In this document: one piece after another, positions 54,757 through 64,000 of the stretch
Layout: every line of letters starts with the position of its first letter
How positions within the stretch are numbered: position 1 is the first letter of the stretch
Assembly (NCBI GenBank): GCA_009711765.1
Contig: VEND01000090.1
Location: 1,065 to 65,064 of the forward strand
Source of the DNA: Bacillota bacterium
Lineage (GTDB): Bacteria > Bacillota > Clostridia > Tissierellales > MES13
Reading direction: 5' to 3'
Length of the DNA stretch: 64,000 nt
The notes under the pieces: model-generated
The model's database searches: none
What the model saw: only the letters and a program-made list of their open reading frames with translations
Told to the model about the DNA's origin: nothing
Program-made: the position numbers and the translations under genes

Positions 54757-56430
54757 GTGAAATTTCTAGATAAAGATACTAAAAGTATAATAGGTTTTGA
54801 TTATGTCTTAGAAAATATTGAGGTTGTAACACCCTTTGGTAAGGAATATAAGGGTAAGTTAAAACCATTTATGCCTGGGGAAGAAAAGTTACTTAAAAAT
54901 GAGTTTGAAAGAATAGAAAAAATATTAAGGCTAATAGATGAAGATAAACTTACATTTCTTAAGCTAAATACATTATTCACCGATATAAAGGATTTAAGAA
55001 AATCCTTAAAAAGAACTGTTAATGGAGATACTTTAACAGTAGTAGAACTCTTTGAGATTAAAACATTTATATTACTTTTAAGAAAGATTAATGAAAAGAT
55101 AACTTCCCTTAATTGGGAGGTACCTAAAAGGCTAAAAGTAGAGCCAATAAATGAATTAGAAAAGTTATTTGATCCAAAAAATAGAGGGATTAAAACATTT
55201 TATATATACGATGAATACTCTAAAACCCTTAAAGAAATAAGGGATGATAAAAGAAAACTTTCTAAGGATATAAAAAGGGAAAACAAAAAGATTAAAGAAA
55301 AAATAAGGAAAGATTTAAAGTTAAACGTTAAACCTAATGGAGAAGTTATAATACCTAAGGATGAAAAAAACTTTATAGAAATGGTCGATAACTATTCCTT
55401 ACTTCAATATAGTTCTGAAACATATATGAATAAAAAATATATTATAAAGCCTACAGAACTTATAAGGATTTTAACTAAACAGCTTGAAAAGTTAAAGGAG
55501 ATGGAAGAAGAGGAAGAATATAAAGTAAGGACTTCCCTTAGTAAAAAAATAGCTTCCTTTAATGAGAGTATACTAAAAAACATGAAGGCTATAGGTAATT
55601 TAGATTTAACCATTGCAAAGGCTTATTTAGCACTAGATATAGATGGAATAAAACCAGATATAATAAGTGATAAGAAACTTAAAATTAAAGAGGGTAGGCA
55701 TATAGAAGTTGAAGATGCCTTAAAGGAAAGTGGGAGAGATTTTGTAGCTATAGATTTAGATTTAGAAAATGGAGTAACTTGTATTACAGGAGCAAACATG
55801 GGGGGAAAAACGGTTAGTTTAAAGCTTGTGGCTTTAAACGCTTCAATGGCGCAATATGGTTTATATGTGCCATGTAAGTATATGAGTACAGGATTATTTG
55901 ACTTTTTATCAGTTTCAATAGGGGACTATCAATCGACAGATATGGGACTTAGCACCTTCGGTGGGGAAATTAAAAAGGTCCAAAGGGCAATGAAAAGAAG
56001 TGATGAGTACGGACTTATATTAATAGATGAACTTGCCAATGGAACTAATCCCCAGGAAGGTAGTGCAATTTCCATGGCCATAGTTAATTTTCTAAAAAAG
56101 AAACCATCGATGAGTGTGATAACTACCCATTATGATAATGTATCGACTATACCGGGTATAAAACATCTACAGGTTATAGGACTTGAGAATGTCGATTATG
56201 AAAGCTTAGAAGAAAAACTTAAAAAAGAAAGTGACTATGGAATGGAAATGATAGCTAAATATATGGATTATAGACTTAAAGAGGTTCATAATCTAGGGCA
56301 GGTTCCAAGGGATGCTATAAATATAGCAAAGCTTATGGGACTTGATGAAGAAATTTTAGAAGATGCAGAAAAAATGCTTGAAAGCTTTTTTATAAATGAA
56401 TTATCCTTAGCAGGAAGTGAAAATCAGTAA
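54757..56430 (+). CDS. MutS-domain-V ATPase; putative 5,6-aminomutase reactivase ATPase (KamC-like)
   Basis: Likely GTG 54757 after AGGAGG (the ORF is open from 54748). MutS ATPase blocks: TGANMGGKTV, LILIDELANGTNP and TTHY. No mismatch-binding domains. Confidence 0.65.
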   Translation: MKFLDKDTKSIIGFDYVLENIEVVTPFGKEYKGKLKPFMPGEEKLLKNEFERIEKILRLIDEDKLTFLKLNTLFTDIKDLRKSLKRTVNGDTLTVVELFEIKTFILLLRKINEKITSLNWEVPKRLKVEPINELEKLFDPKNRGIKTFYIYDEYSKTLKEIRDDKRKLSKDIKRENKKIKEKIRKDLKLNVKPNGEVIIPKDEKNFIEMVDNYSLLQYSSETYMNKKYIIKPTELIRILTKQLEKLKEMEEEEEYKVRTSLSKKIASFNESILKNMKAIGNLDLTIAKAYLALDIDGIKPDIISDKKLKIKEGRHIEVEDALKESGRDFVAIDLDLENGVTCITGANMGGKTVSLKLVALNASMAQYGLYVPCKYMSTGLFDFLSVSIGDYQSTDMGLSTFGGEIKKVQRAMKRSDEYGLILIDELANGTNPQEGSAISMAIVNFLKKKPSMSVITTHYDNVSTIPGIKHLQVIGLENVDYESLEEKLKKESDYGMEMIAKYMDYRLKEVHNLGQVPRDAINIAKLMGLDEEILEDAEKMLESFFINELSLAGSENQ

Positions 56431-56451
56431 ATAATATAAGGAGGGATTAAT

Positions 56452-58008
56452 ATGGAAAGTAAGCTAAATCTTGATCCTAAGATTATAGATAGTGCAAGGG
56501 ATGCAGCAAGAAATATAGCAGAAGATGTTCAAGAATATATAGATAGACATACAACAGTATCTGTTGAAAGAACAGTGGCAAGATTATTAGGCATAGATGG
56601 TGTTGATGAAATAGAAAGACCCTTACCTAATATAGTAGTTGACAATGTTAAAGAAGGGGGAGGATTAAATTTAGGTGTTGCTTATTGGATAGGTAATGCA
56701 ATGCTTGAAACTAATGAAGATCCTCAAACTATCGCTGAAAAGGTAAGTATAGGAGAAATTGATTTAACTAAAGTACCTTTAAAGGAAGATGAAAAAATAA
56801 AATTAGAGGTAGAAAAAATAGCAAAGAAAACAGTTGAAACAATAAGAAAGAATAAAGAAAAAAGGGATGAATACATAAATACCCTTGGGGATGGAAATAA
56901 ACCTAATCTTTATGTAATAGTAGCAACTGGAAATATATATGAAGATATTATCCAAGCGAAAGCAGCGGCAAAGCAAGGGGCAGATATAATAGCAGTTATT
57001 AGAACTACTGCACAGAGTTTACTTGATTATGTTCCCTATGGTCCGACTACAGAAGGTTTTGGAGGAACATATGCAACCCAAGAAAACTTTAGATTAATGA
57101 GAGAAGCATTAGATGAGGTAGGTAAGGAAGTAGGAAGATATATTAAACTTTGTAATTATTGTTCAGGATTATGTATGCCTGAAATAGCAGCAATGGGAGC
57201 ATTAGAAAGACTTGATGTAATGCTTAATGATGCTTTATATGGAATATTATTTAGAGATATAAATATGAAAAGAACACTTATAGATCAATATTTTTCTAGG
57301 ATAATTAATGGATATGGTGGAGTAATTATAAATACAGGGGAAGATAATTATCTAACAACTGCAGATGCAATTGAAGAAGCCCATACTGTATTAGCTTCAC
57401 AACTTATGAATGAACAATTTGCCCTTATAGCGGGTATACCGGAAGAGCAAATGGGACTTGGCCATGCCTTTGAGATGGATCCTAAGATTGAAAATGGTTT
57501 CTTACTAGAACTTGCCCAAGCTCAAATGGCTAGAGAAATATTTCCTAATGCACCACTAAAATATATGCCTCCAACTAAATTTATGACAGGTAATATATTT
57601 AAAGGACATCTTCAGGATGCTTTATTTAATCTTATATCCATATGGACAAATCAAGGTGTTCAGTTATTAGGTATGCCTACAGAAGCAATCCATACACCCC
57701 ATTTACAGGATAGAATGCTTTCTATAGAAAATGCTAAGTATATATTTAATAATGCTAAAGATTTAGGTGAAGAGATAACATTTAAAAAGGATGGAATAAT
57801 TCAAACTAGAGCGAAGGAAGTATTAGATAATGCAGATGAATTACTTAAAGATATTGAAAAGGAAGGAATATTCTCTACAATAGAAAAGGGTAAATTTGCA
57901 GGAGTAAAAAGACCAAGAGATGGTGGAAAGGGTCTTGAAGGTGTTATAAGTAAGGATGATAAATATTATAATCCATTTATCAGATTGATGCTTGGAGGTG
58001 AAAAGTAA
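56452..58008 (+). CDS. kamD: D-lysine/beta-lysine 5,6-aminomutase alpha subunit
   Basis: 518-aa TIM-barrel-type subunit immediately upstream of, and overlapping, the B12-binding beta subunit. Lysine operon context. Confidence 0.85.
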   Translation: MESKLNLDPKIIDSARDAARNIAEDVQEYIDRHTTVSVERTVARLLGIDGVDEIERPLPNIVVDNVKEGGGLNLGVAYWIGNAMLETNEDPQTIAEKVSIGEIDLTKVPLKEDEKIKLEVEKIAKKTVETIRKNKEKRDEYINTLGDGNKPNLYVIVATGNIYEDIIQAKAAAKQGADIIAVIRTTAQSLLDYVPYGPTTEGFGGTYATQENFRLMREALDEVGKEVGRYIKLCNYCSGLCMPEIAAMGALERLDVMLNDALYGILFRDINMKRTLIDQYFSRIINGYGGVIINTGEDNYLTTADAIEEAHTVLASQLMNEQFALIAGIPEEQMGLGHAFEMDPKIENGFLLELAQAQMAREIFPNAPLKYMPPTKFMTGNIFKGHLQDALFNLISIWTNQGVQLLGMPTEAIHTPHLQDRMLSIENAKYIFNNAKDLGEEITFKKDGIIQTRAKEVLDNADELLKDIEKEGIFSTIEKGKFAGVKRPRDGGKGLEGVISKDDKYYNPFIRLMLGGEK

Positions 58009-58763
58009 TGGCATTAGAAAAGGTTGATTTAACAAAGGTTAAACCCTATGGTGATACTTTAAATGATGGTATGATGCAATTTTCTTTTACATTACCTATT
58101 CCCCATGGAGATGAAGCTTTAGAAGCTGCTAGGATACTTGCTAAAAAAATGGGACTTGAAGAACCAGAGGTTGTATATTCAGAGGACTTAGGTATAGATT
58201 ATACTTTCTTTGTAGTATATGGAAGATGTAAACATACAGTAGATTATACAAAGATAGAGGTACCTAAGGTTGATATAGAATCCATGGATAAATACGGGGT
58301 TGAAGATTATATTAAAGAAAATATAAAAAGAGAGATAACAATTATCGGAGCATGTACTGGGACTGATGCCCATACAGTTGGTATAGATGCCATTATGAAT
58401 ATGAAAGGCTTTGATGGTCATTATGGCCTTGAAAGATATAAAATGATTAATGCTATTAATATGGGAAGTCAGGTTCCAAATGAAGAGTTAGTTGCAAAGG
58501 CAATAGAGGAAGATGCCGATGCAATACTGATTTCTCAGATAGTAACCCAGAAAAATGTACACATTCCTAATATGACTGAGTTAGTTGAGCTTTTAGAAGC
58601 TGAGGGTATTAGAGAAAAAATAGTTCTTGCCTGTGGAGGACCAAGAATCTCCCATGAACTAGCTAAGGAACTTGGTTACGATGCTGGTTTTACATCGGGA
58701 AGCTATGCTAATGATGTAGCAAGTTTCATAGTAACTGAGATGGTAAAAAGAAGTTTAATATAA
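58008..58763 (+). CDS. kamE: D-lysine/beta-lysine 5,6-aminomutase beta subunit (B12-binding)
   Basis: Cobalamin DxHxxG motif GTDAHTVGID with a Rossmann-like B12 domain. Start overlaps the kamD stop (ATGA-type junction at 58008). Confidence 0.88.
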   Translation: MALEKVDLTKVKPYGDTLNDGMMQFSFTLPIPHGDEALEAARILAKKMGLEEPEVVYSEDLGIDYTFFVVYGRCKHTVDYTKIEVPKVDIESMDKYGVEDYIKENIKREITIIGACTGTDAHTVGIDAIMNMKGFDGHYGLERYKMINAINMGSQVPNEELVAKAIEEDADAILISQIVTQKNVHIPNMTELVELLEAEGIREKIVLACGGPRISHELAKELGYDAGFTSGSYANDVASFIVTEMVKRSLI

Positions 58764-58769
58764 AATAAT

Positions 58770-58809
58770 AAAAAAAGCATGACATCAAATTAGGTGTCAT
58801 GCTTTTTTA
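58770..58809. terminator. Bidirectional terminator between kamE and pstB
   Basis: AAAAAAGCATGACA...TGTCATGCTTTTTT. Confidence 0.85.
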
Positions 58810-58842
58810 TGTTTAAAACTTATTTTTATTTCTTTATTATAT

Positions 58843-59589
58843 TTATCCAAAAGCACCACTAATATATTCTTTAGTCTTCTCATCCTTTGGATTATTAAAA
58901 ATGTTATCTGTCTTATCATACTCGATAATTTTACCATCTAACATAAACAAAGTTTCATCAGCTATCCTCTTTGCTTGGGATAGATTATGGGTTACTATAA
59001 TAATAGTATAATCTTTTTTTAATTTTAGTAACATATTTTCTATATTATCTATGTTTTTTACATCCAGTGCAGAACATGGCTCATCTAATAACAAAATATC
59101 AGGCTCTATGGTTAATGATCTGGCTATGCATAGTCTTTGTTGTTGCCCACCTGAAAGTTTTAAAGCACTTTTATTTAATGAATCCTTAATCTCTTCATAT
59201 AATCCTGTTACCTTTAACTTTTTCGTTATAATTTCTTTTCTTTTTTTCTTTTTTTTACCATAATATTTAAGGGCATACTCCATATTTTTATATATTGAAA
59301 GTGGGAATGGTATAGGGTTTTGAAATACCATACCTATTTTTTCCCTTACCCTTTCAATATTATATTTAGATAAATTTTCTCCATTAAAAAATATATCTCC
59401 CTTTATTTTAGCTTCATTATTTTCATAAATCATAGCATTAAAGGTTTTTAATAATGTAGATTTACCACATCCAGAAGGTCCTATAATGGCGGTTATTTTA
59501 TTTTTATTAAATCCTATACTTATATTATTTAAAACTTTTTTTTCATTAAAACTTACATTTAAATTATTAACCTCTAGTATATAATTCAA
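58843..59589 (-). CDS. pstB: Phosphate ABC transporter ATP-binding protein
   Basis: GPSGCGKST Walker A, LSGGQQQRLCIARSL, and the PstB-typical C-terminus. Confidence 0.92.
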   Translation of the reverse strand: MNYILEVNNLNVSFNEKKVLNNISIGFNKNKITAIIGPSGCGKSTLLKTFNAMIYENNEAKIKGDIFFNGENLSKYNIERVREKIGMVFQNPIPFPLSIYKNMEYALKYYGKKKKKRKEIITKKLKVTGLYEEIKDSLNKSALKLSGGQQQRLCIARSLTIEPDILLLDEPCSALDVKNIDNIENMLLKLKKDYTIIIVTHNLSQAKRIADETLFMLDGKIIEYDKTDNIFNNPKDEKTKEYISGAFG

Positions 59590-59591
59590 AA

Positions 59592-60413
59592 TTAATCCTC
59601 CTTTCTAATTCTAAGGATAAGTGAAAAGCTATTTAAAATCATTAAAACTATAAGAAGTACCAGGGCTGTTGCGTATGCATTCTTTAAAGATATTCCCTCC
59701 CCTATAAGCATATAAAGATGTAGTGGTAAAGCCATTGCAGGGGAGAATATATCCTTAACCTTTGATGCATATATAACCCCACCAGTAAATAATATCGGTG
59801 CAGTTGCACCCATTGCAAAACACCCAGCTAAACTAATTGCCGATAACATATCTTTAAAGCATATTGGAAGTATCATATTTAAAATAGTATATAATTTATT
59901 TATTCCCATGGAATAAGAAGCTTCTATTACACTTTTATCAACTTCTAGAAAACTTTTTTCAAATCTAACTTCTATATATGGAAAAACCATTATCCCTAAA
60001 ACTATTCCACCGGTTATAACTGAAATTCCAAGATTTAGATATACCACTAAAAAGCTATATCCAAATAATCCTAACACTATAGATGGGATTCCGGCCATAG
60101 TGGTTGTTACAAAGCTAATAAAGCTTTTTTTCCATTTATCCCTACAATAAAACACAACATAAACAGACGTAGCAAATGCCAATATAGTTGAAATAGTTAT
60201 AGCTATCAATGTAAAATAAATACTTCCTATTATGGCAGGATATATACCCCCTTCAGTTCCTAATGGACTTCCCTTAGGTTTATCTATAATAAATTCAAAA
60301 CTTAAAGCATCCATTCCATTTAATATTATAAATCCAAATATATAAGTAACTAAAAATAAAACCATTAAGCCACTAACAATAGACCAAAACTTAAGAAAAA
60401 AGTGTTTTTTCAT
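59592..60413 (-). CDS. pstA: Phosphate ABC transporter permease PstA
   Basis: 6-TM BPD-transporter permease positioned between pstC and pstB. Confidence 0.85.
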   Translation of the reverse strand: MKKHFFLKFWSIVSGLMVLFLVTYIFGFIILNGMDALSFEFIIDKPKGSPLGTEGGIYPAIIGSIYFTLIAITISTILAFATSVYVVFYCRDKWKKSFISFVTTTMAGIPSIVLGLFGYSFLVVYLNLGISVITGGIVLGIMVFPYIEVRFEKSFLEVDKSVIEASYSMGINKLYTILNMILPICFKDMLSAISLAGCFAMGATAPILFTGGVIYASKVKDIFSPAMALPLHLYMLIGEGISLKNAYATALVLLIVLMILNSFSLILRIRKED

Positions 60414-60436
60414 AAAAATCTAACCTTTCTAAACTA

Positions 60437-61321
60437 TTAATCAATAAAACCCCTTTTTAAATAATAAAATAAAGTGTTTATAATAAAAAGAATTATCATA
60501 AGAACTAATCCAGCTGCAAATAATCCATGATAATGCATACTATCTATTTGAGCCCCACCCATTTCTAAGGCTATAAGGGAAGGTATAGTTTGAGCCTTTG
60601 AAAGAAGTCTAGGTAAAATAGGAGTATTCCCTATTACCATCATAACTGCCATTGTCTCGCCCATAGCTCTACTAAAAGCAAGTATAATAGCTGAAATGAT
60701 TGCCCTTTTAGAACTAGGTATAATTAAGTATCTTATCATATGCCACTTAGAAACACCCAATGACTTTGAACTTTCTTTATAATTATTTAATGCCTTCTCC
60801 ATAGACTCTTCGCAGGTTGAAATTATATAAGGTAGCACCATTATTGATAATAATATACTAGCAGCTAATACAGATTCTCCAGAAGGAAAATTAAAACTAA
60901 CTTCAAAATATTTAACTATTACTAGTAATCCAAAAAAACCATATATAACAGAAGGTATTCCTGCTAATAAATCTATAACGATACCTATTATATTCTTTAT
61001 CCTTTTATTTATAATACAACTTAAAAGTATAGCCGCTCCTAAGCCTATAGGTAAAGCAAATATTAATGAAAACATCGATACATAAATAGATCCTAAAACC
61101 ATAGGAAATATTCCTAATTTAAAAGGTGTGGATGTTGGTTTCCATCCCTTTAAGAATACAAACTTATATAAAGGAACTTCTTTAAAAACTATAAAAGCCT
61201 CTTTAATAATAAAAATAATTATAAATCCTAGTAATAATACAGAAATAAAGCTTAAAAGTTTTATAAAGAAACTAAATACTTTATCAGATACTTCATAAAA
61301 TTTTCTATTCAAGGTTTTCAC
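60437..61321 (-). CDS. pstC: Phosphate ABC transporter permease PstC
   Basis: 6-TM permease with the EAA-like loop SKSLGVSKWHMIRYLIIP. Operon order pstS-C-A-B. Confidence 0.85.
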   Translation of the reverse strand: MKTLNRKFYEVSDKVFSFFIKLLSFISVLLLGFIIIFIIKEAFIVFKEVPLYKFVFLKGWKPTSTPFKLGIFPMVLGSIYVSMFSLIFALPIGLGAAILLSCIINKRIKNIIGIVIDLLAGIPSVIYGFFGLLVIVKYFEVSFNFPSGESVLAASILLSIMVLPYIISTCEESMEKALNNYKESSKSLGVSKWHMIRYLIIPSSKRAIISAIILAFSRAMGETMAVMMVIGNTPILPRLLSKAQTIPSLIALEMGGAQIDSMHYHGLFAAGLVLMIILFIINTLFYYLKRGFID

Positions 61322-61332
61322 CCCTTTAAATA

Positions 61333-61359
61333 AACCAGAGGTTTACACCTCTGGTCTAA
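61333..61359 (-). promoter_or_regulatory. Intercistronic stem-loop between pstS and pstC
   Basis: ACCAGAGGT-ttaca-ACCTCTGGT perfect 9-bp stem. Confidence 0.55.
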
Positions 61360-61367
61360 TAATAATA

Positions 61368-62279
61368 TTATTTTTCAGCTACAAATCCTAACTCTTTAAC
61401 TACCTTCATTCCTTTTTCAGAAGTTATATAATCAATTAAAGCCTTTTCACACTCACTTAACTCTCCGCCAGTTATAACTAATAAAGGACGGGAGATTTTA
61501 TAATCACCACTTATAATATTTTCTGCTGTAGGTTCTATACCATCAATATTTAAAGGCATTACCTTTCCTTTATTTTGGTTTACAACGCCGAATGAGGCAT
61601 ATCCAATAGCATTTTTATTTTCTATTATTTTAGTAACTAATGCACCCATTGATGGAGATTGTATAACATTTTCACTAACTTCTACATCACCCATAACTTT
61701 TTTATTAAATACCTTATGGGCACCGCCACCTAAGTCTCTAGTAACTAAAACTATTTTTTCATGGTCTAATTTATCACTTACTTCATCCCAATACTTATAT
61801 TCTCCAGAAAATATCTTTCTTAATTCTTCAGTAGTAATACTTTTCTTTACTTCATATAGTTTATTCTCAGGATTTACAGATACAGTTAAAGCATCTGTTC
61901 CTAATTTAAACTCTTTATATCCATCAATTTTACCCTTTTCCTCATCACTTACAGGTCTTGAAGCCATTCCAAAGCTACTTGATTTATCTATTGCTGATTT
62001 AACTCCAGCTCCAGAACCTCCACCGGATATAGCAATATCAATTTCTTCACTTGCAAACTTAGAATCAACCTTATCCCATGTTTTATATTCCTTTGTAAAA
62101 TTCTCGGTTAATTTTGTAATGACAGGTGCTAAAGTACTAGAACCCTTAAATAGAATACTTTCTGTTGCCACCTTCTCTTCATTTTCTTTTGTTTCTTCAT
62201 TATTTGTTTTTTTACATCCTACAAATAATAAAGAAGCTAATAATGATAAAACTAATAATAAACTTAAACTCTTCTTCAT
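61368..62279 (-). CDS. pstS: Phosphate-binding lipoprotein PstS
   Basis: Lipobox LFVGC. PBP-like fold with GSSTLAP and SGGGSGAG phosphate-binding blocks. Confidence 0.9.
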   Translation of the reverse strand: MKKSLSLLLVLSLLASLLFVGCKKTNNEETKENEEKVATESILFKGSSTLAPVITKLTENFTKEYKTWDKVDSKFASEEIDIAISGGGSGAGVKSAIDKSSSFGMASRPVSDEEKGKIDGYKEFKLGTDALTVSVNPENKLYEVKKSITTEELRKIFSGEYKYWDEVSDKLDHEKIVLVTRDLGGGAHKVFNKKVMGDVEVSENVIQSPSMGALVTKIIENKNAIGYASFGVVNQNKGKVMPLNIDGIEPTAENIISGDYKISRPLLVITGGELSECEKALIDYITSEKGMKVVKELGFVAEK

Positions 62280-62317
62280 AATAAATCCTCCTCTTTTGTT
62301 AATTTTAATACCACTAG

Positions 62318-62366
62318 ATTATATCAGAGTCCTTAGTTAAATATTATGTATATAGAATATATTCAT
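62318..62366 (-). promoter_or_regulatory. Candidate pst promoter with Pho-box-like hexamers
   Basis: Minus strand: TATAAT (62318..62323). Upstream are TATACA-n5-TTTAAC hexamers that resemble TT(A/T/C)ACA PhoP boxes. Weak. Confidence 0.3.
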
Positions 62367-62731
62367 ATAAATAATAAAACCTATAGAGTTTATCTATAGA
62401 GATAAAGGAAGTATACCTTAAATTCAAAATTCTAAATAAAAATGGTAAAGGGAAGTTTAATATAAAAAAATAAAAAATAGTTCTAAATACCTAGGACAAG
62501 CATATATCTATAGTATGGGAGTAAAAAAACGCTTCTCTACAAACAAAAGTTAAAAGTTACAAAATTAGTACAAACACGACAAGCGATTTCGATAAAATTT
62601 TAAATTTATGTAATATATAATGTCTATGTAAAGAAACTATTAATTTAACTTTAAAAATATTCTTTTGAAGGGAGGGAAAAAGTTTTTAAGAAACAGATTT
62701 AAAATTTAAATTACGAAAGGGGTATTATTAA

Positions 62732-64000
62732 ATGGTAAAAAAACTGTTTTCTGTTGTATTAGTATTAGCTTTAGTATGTGGTATGTTAATGCCAGCATCG
62801 ACACCTGCCTTTGCAGCTACGGATGATTATGATGTAGAAAGATATGGGGATACATTAGATATTGGTACTAAATTAAGACATTTAGCTAAAGATGAAGACT
62901 ATAAAGAAGATGTTGAAAAGCAAATTAAAAAGTCAGCTTCTAATATCAATCCAGATGAGGAAGAAAATGATAATGAAGCTGCTAGTGGTACTGAAGGTAT
63001 CCATGAAGGCCAAGTTAAATATTTCTTAGCTAATGATGATGTTGAAGGTTATTATGTTAAGCCATATACATTAAGAGGTCTAGGAGAAAACGTTGAGATA
63101 TGGGTAGCTAACGATTTAACTTTCCCAGATGATAGACCTACTCCAGTAATAACTGATGAACAAGTGAACAAATTAAAAAATGAATTTGATAATAATATAT
63201 ATGAAAAAGACACAGAATTTTTTGGAAAACCAGAAGCACTTACAGGGGAAAATGCAACATTACCAGGTATACTTAAATTACCAGAAGATTATTATGTAGC
63301 TGAAGATGGAAAAGATAGAGTTATAATGTTAGTAGATAATGTTAGGGATGAAGCTTATTATGATCCTTCATATCCATTCTTTATAGCAGGTTTTTATTCA
63401 CCAACATATGAAGGATATATGGATAGAAATATAATAACTATAGATACAAATAATTGGGAAGAAAGACTTGAAACTACCTTCTTTGGAACAACAGCCCATG
63501 AATTCCAGCATTTAATCCATGATGATAATGATAGTATGGAAGAAACATGGATTAATGAAGGGATGTCAGACTTTGCAGAGTATCTTTGTGGATATGGACA
63601 TCCAATGGGTCATGTTAATTTCTTTTTAGACCATCCAGAAAACTCATTAGTACAGTGGGATGATCATTATAGTGCTGAAACTGGTCCTGAAACTCTAGCA
63701 GATTATGGTCAGGCATATTTAATGCAGTTATATTTAAATGATAAATATGGTCAAGATTTTATTCAAACATTAGCAAAGGATGAAGACCATGGATTTACAA
63801 GTGTAAATAAAGTATTAGATGAATTTGGTACAGATATAGACTTTGAAGAATTATTTAGAAGATTTACAATAGCTGTAGCTATAGACAGTCCAGAACCAGG
63901 AGAAGGAATATATAACTTTGATAGTATAGACTTAAAAATCAACTATGAATCAGCTCTTGAATATGACAAAGATGGAGTACCAGCATGGGGTGGAGATTAT
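62732..64000 (+). CDS. Immune inhibitor A (InhA)-type M6 metalloprotease, 3'-truncated by window edge
   Basis: Not in the ORF track because it has no stop codon. ATG 62732 after GAAAGGGG. Signal peptide ends PAFA-ATDD. Zinc motif TAHEFQHLIH, then EGMSDFAEY. Confidence 0.85.
   Translation, partial: MVKKLFSVVLVLALVCGMLMPASTPAFAATDDYDVERYGDTLDIGTKLRHLAKDEDYKEDVEKQIKKSASNINPDEEENDNEAASGTEGIHEGQVKYFLANDDVEGYYVKPYTLRGLGENVEIWVANDLTFPDDRPTPVITDEQVNKLKNEFDNNIYEKDTEFFGKPEALTGENATLPGILKLPEDYYVAEDGKDRVIMLVDNVRDEAYYDPSYPFFIAGFYSPTYEGYMDRNIITIDTNNWEERLETTFFGTTAHEFQHLIHDDNDSMEETWINEGMSDFAEYLCGYGHPMGHVNFFLDHPENSLVQWDDHYSAETGPETLADYGQAYLMQLYLNDKYGQDFIQTLAKDEDHGFTSVNKVLDEFGTDIDFEELFRRFTIAVAIDSPEPGEGIYNFDSIDLKINYESALEYDKDGVPAWGGDY

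Noticed and set aside
54757-56430. MutS-like ATPase, considered as a possible DNA-repair or defence gene (MutS2 or Abi-like).
   Set aside because: It has only the ATPase domain V and no mismatch-recognition, clamp or Smr domains. It is embedded between kamA and kamDE, which fits the conserved lysine-operon reactivase context.
62381-62401. Direct repeat CTATAGAG-n5-CTATAGAG in the pstS/inhA divergent intergenic region.
   Set aside because: It is short, AT-rich and unique to this site, with no second occurrence to support a motif. It could be a regulator site, but chance is equally likely in DNA this AT-rich.
62732-64000. InhA/M6 protease, considered as a possible part of the TasA/camelysin system.
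   Set aside because: It lies 43 kb from the island on an unrelated transcription unit. M6 InhA proteases are not homologous to camelysin/TasA (M73), despite the shared B. cereus-group literature.

Overview
AT-rich chromosome segment from a spore-forming Clostridia-type Firmicute. Nearly all of it is coding, and I saw no rRNA, tRNA, CRISPR array, transposase or integrase. Housekeeping and sporulation backbone: corA (5' partial), an H-NOX chemoreceptor, a SpoIID-amidase fusion, veg, an L,D-transpeptidase, a SipL-like LysM protein, ispE, a GntR regulator, a gerA-type operon, spoIIR and sleB-ypeB. Other blocks: a Wzx/Wzy-type cell-wall glycopolymer cluster with an LCP ligase; a DcuS/CitB-type two-component system with a malic enzyme and a 2-hydroxycarboxylate transporter; a sigma-54 activator with a -24/-12 promoter in front of a partial lysine-fermentation operon (kdd-kamA-kamB/C-like-kamD-kamE); a convergent pstSCAB operon; and a 3'-partial InhA/M6 metalloprotease. 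An L-box lysine riboswitch precedes an NhaC-family transporter. The standout is a ~14 kb island (about 5.7-19.5 kb) between veg and sipL-ispE. It holds two sub-loci, and each starts with a near-identical structured leader that carries c-di-GMP-II riboswitch signature blocks. Together the sub-loci encode two SipW-type (archaeal/ER-type) signal peptidases, one of them fused to a ~280-aa polytopic membrane domain. They also encode six TasA/camelysin-like modules, two of which are fused to triple SLH cell-wall anchors, and a 78-aa strand-only mini-protein. The remaining genes are a coiled-coil protein, a bitopic membrane protein and a HisKA_3/LuxR two-component system. The leader region is a segmental duplication that carried along a dead 3' fragment of the L,D-transpeptidase gene. 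I read this as a second-messenger-gated, wall-anchored, multi-subunit TasA-type fibre system. All calls come from reading the sequence and translations by eye; no searches were run.
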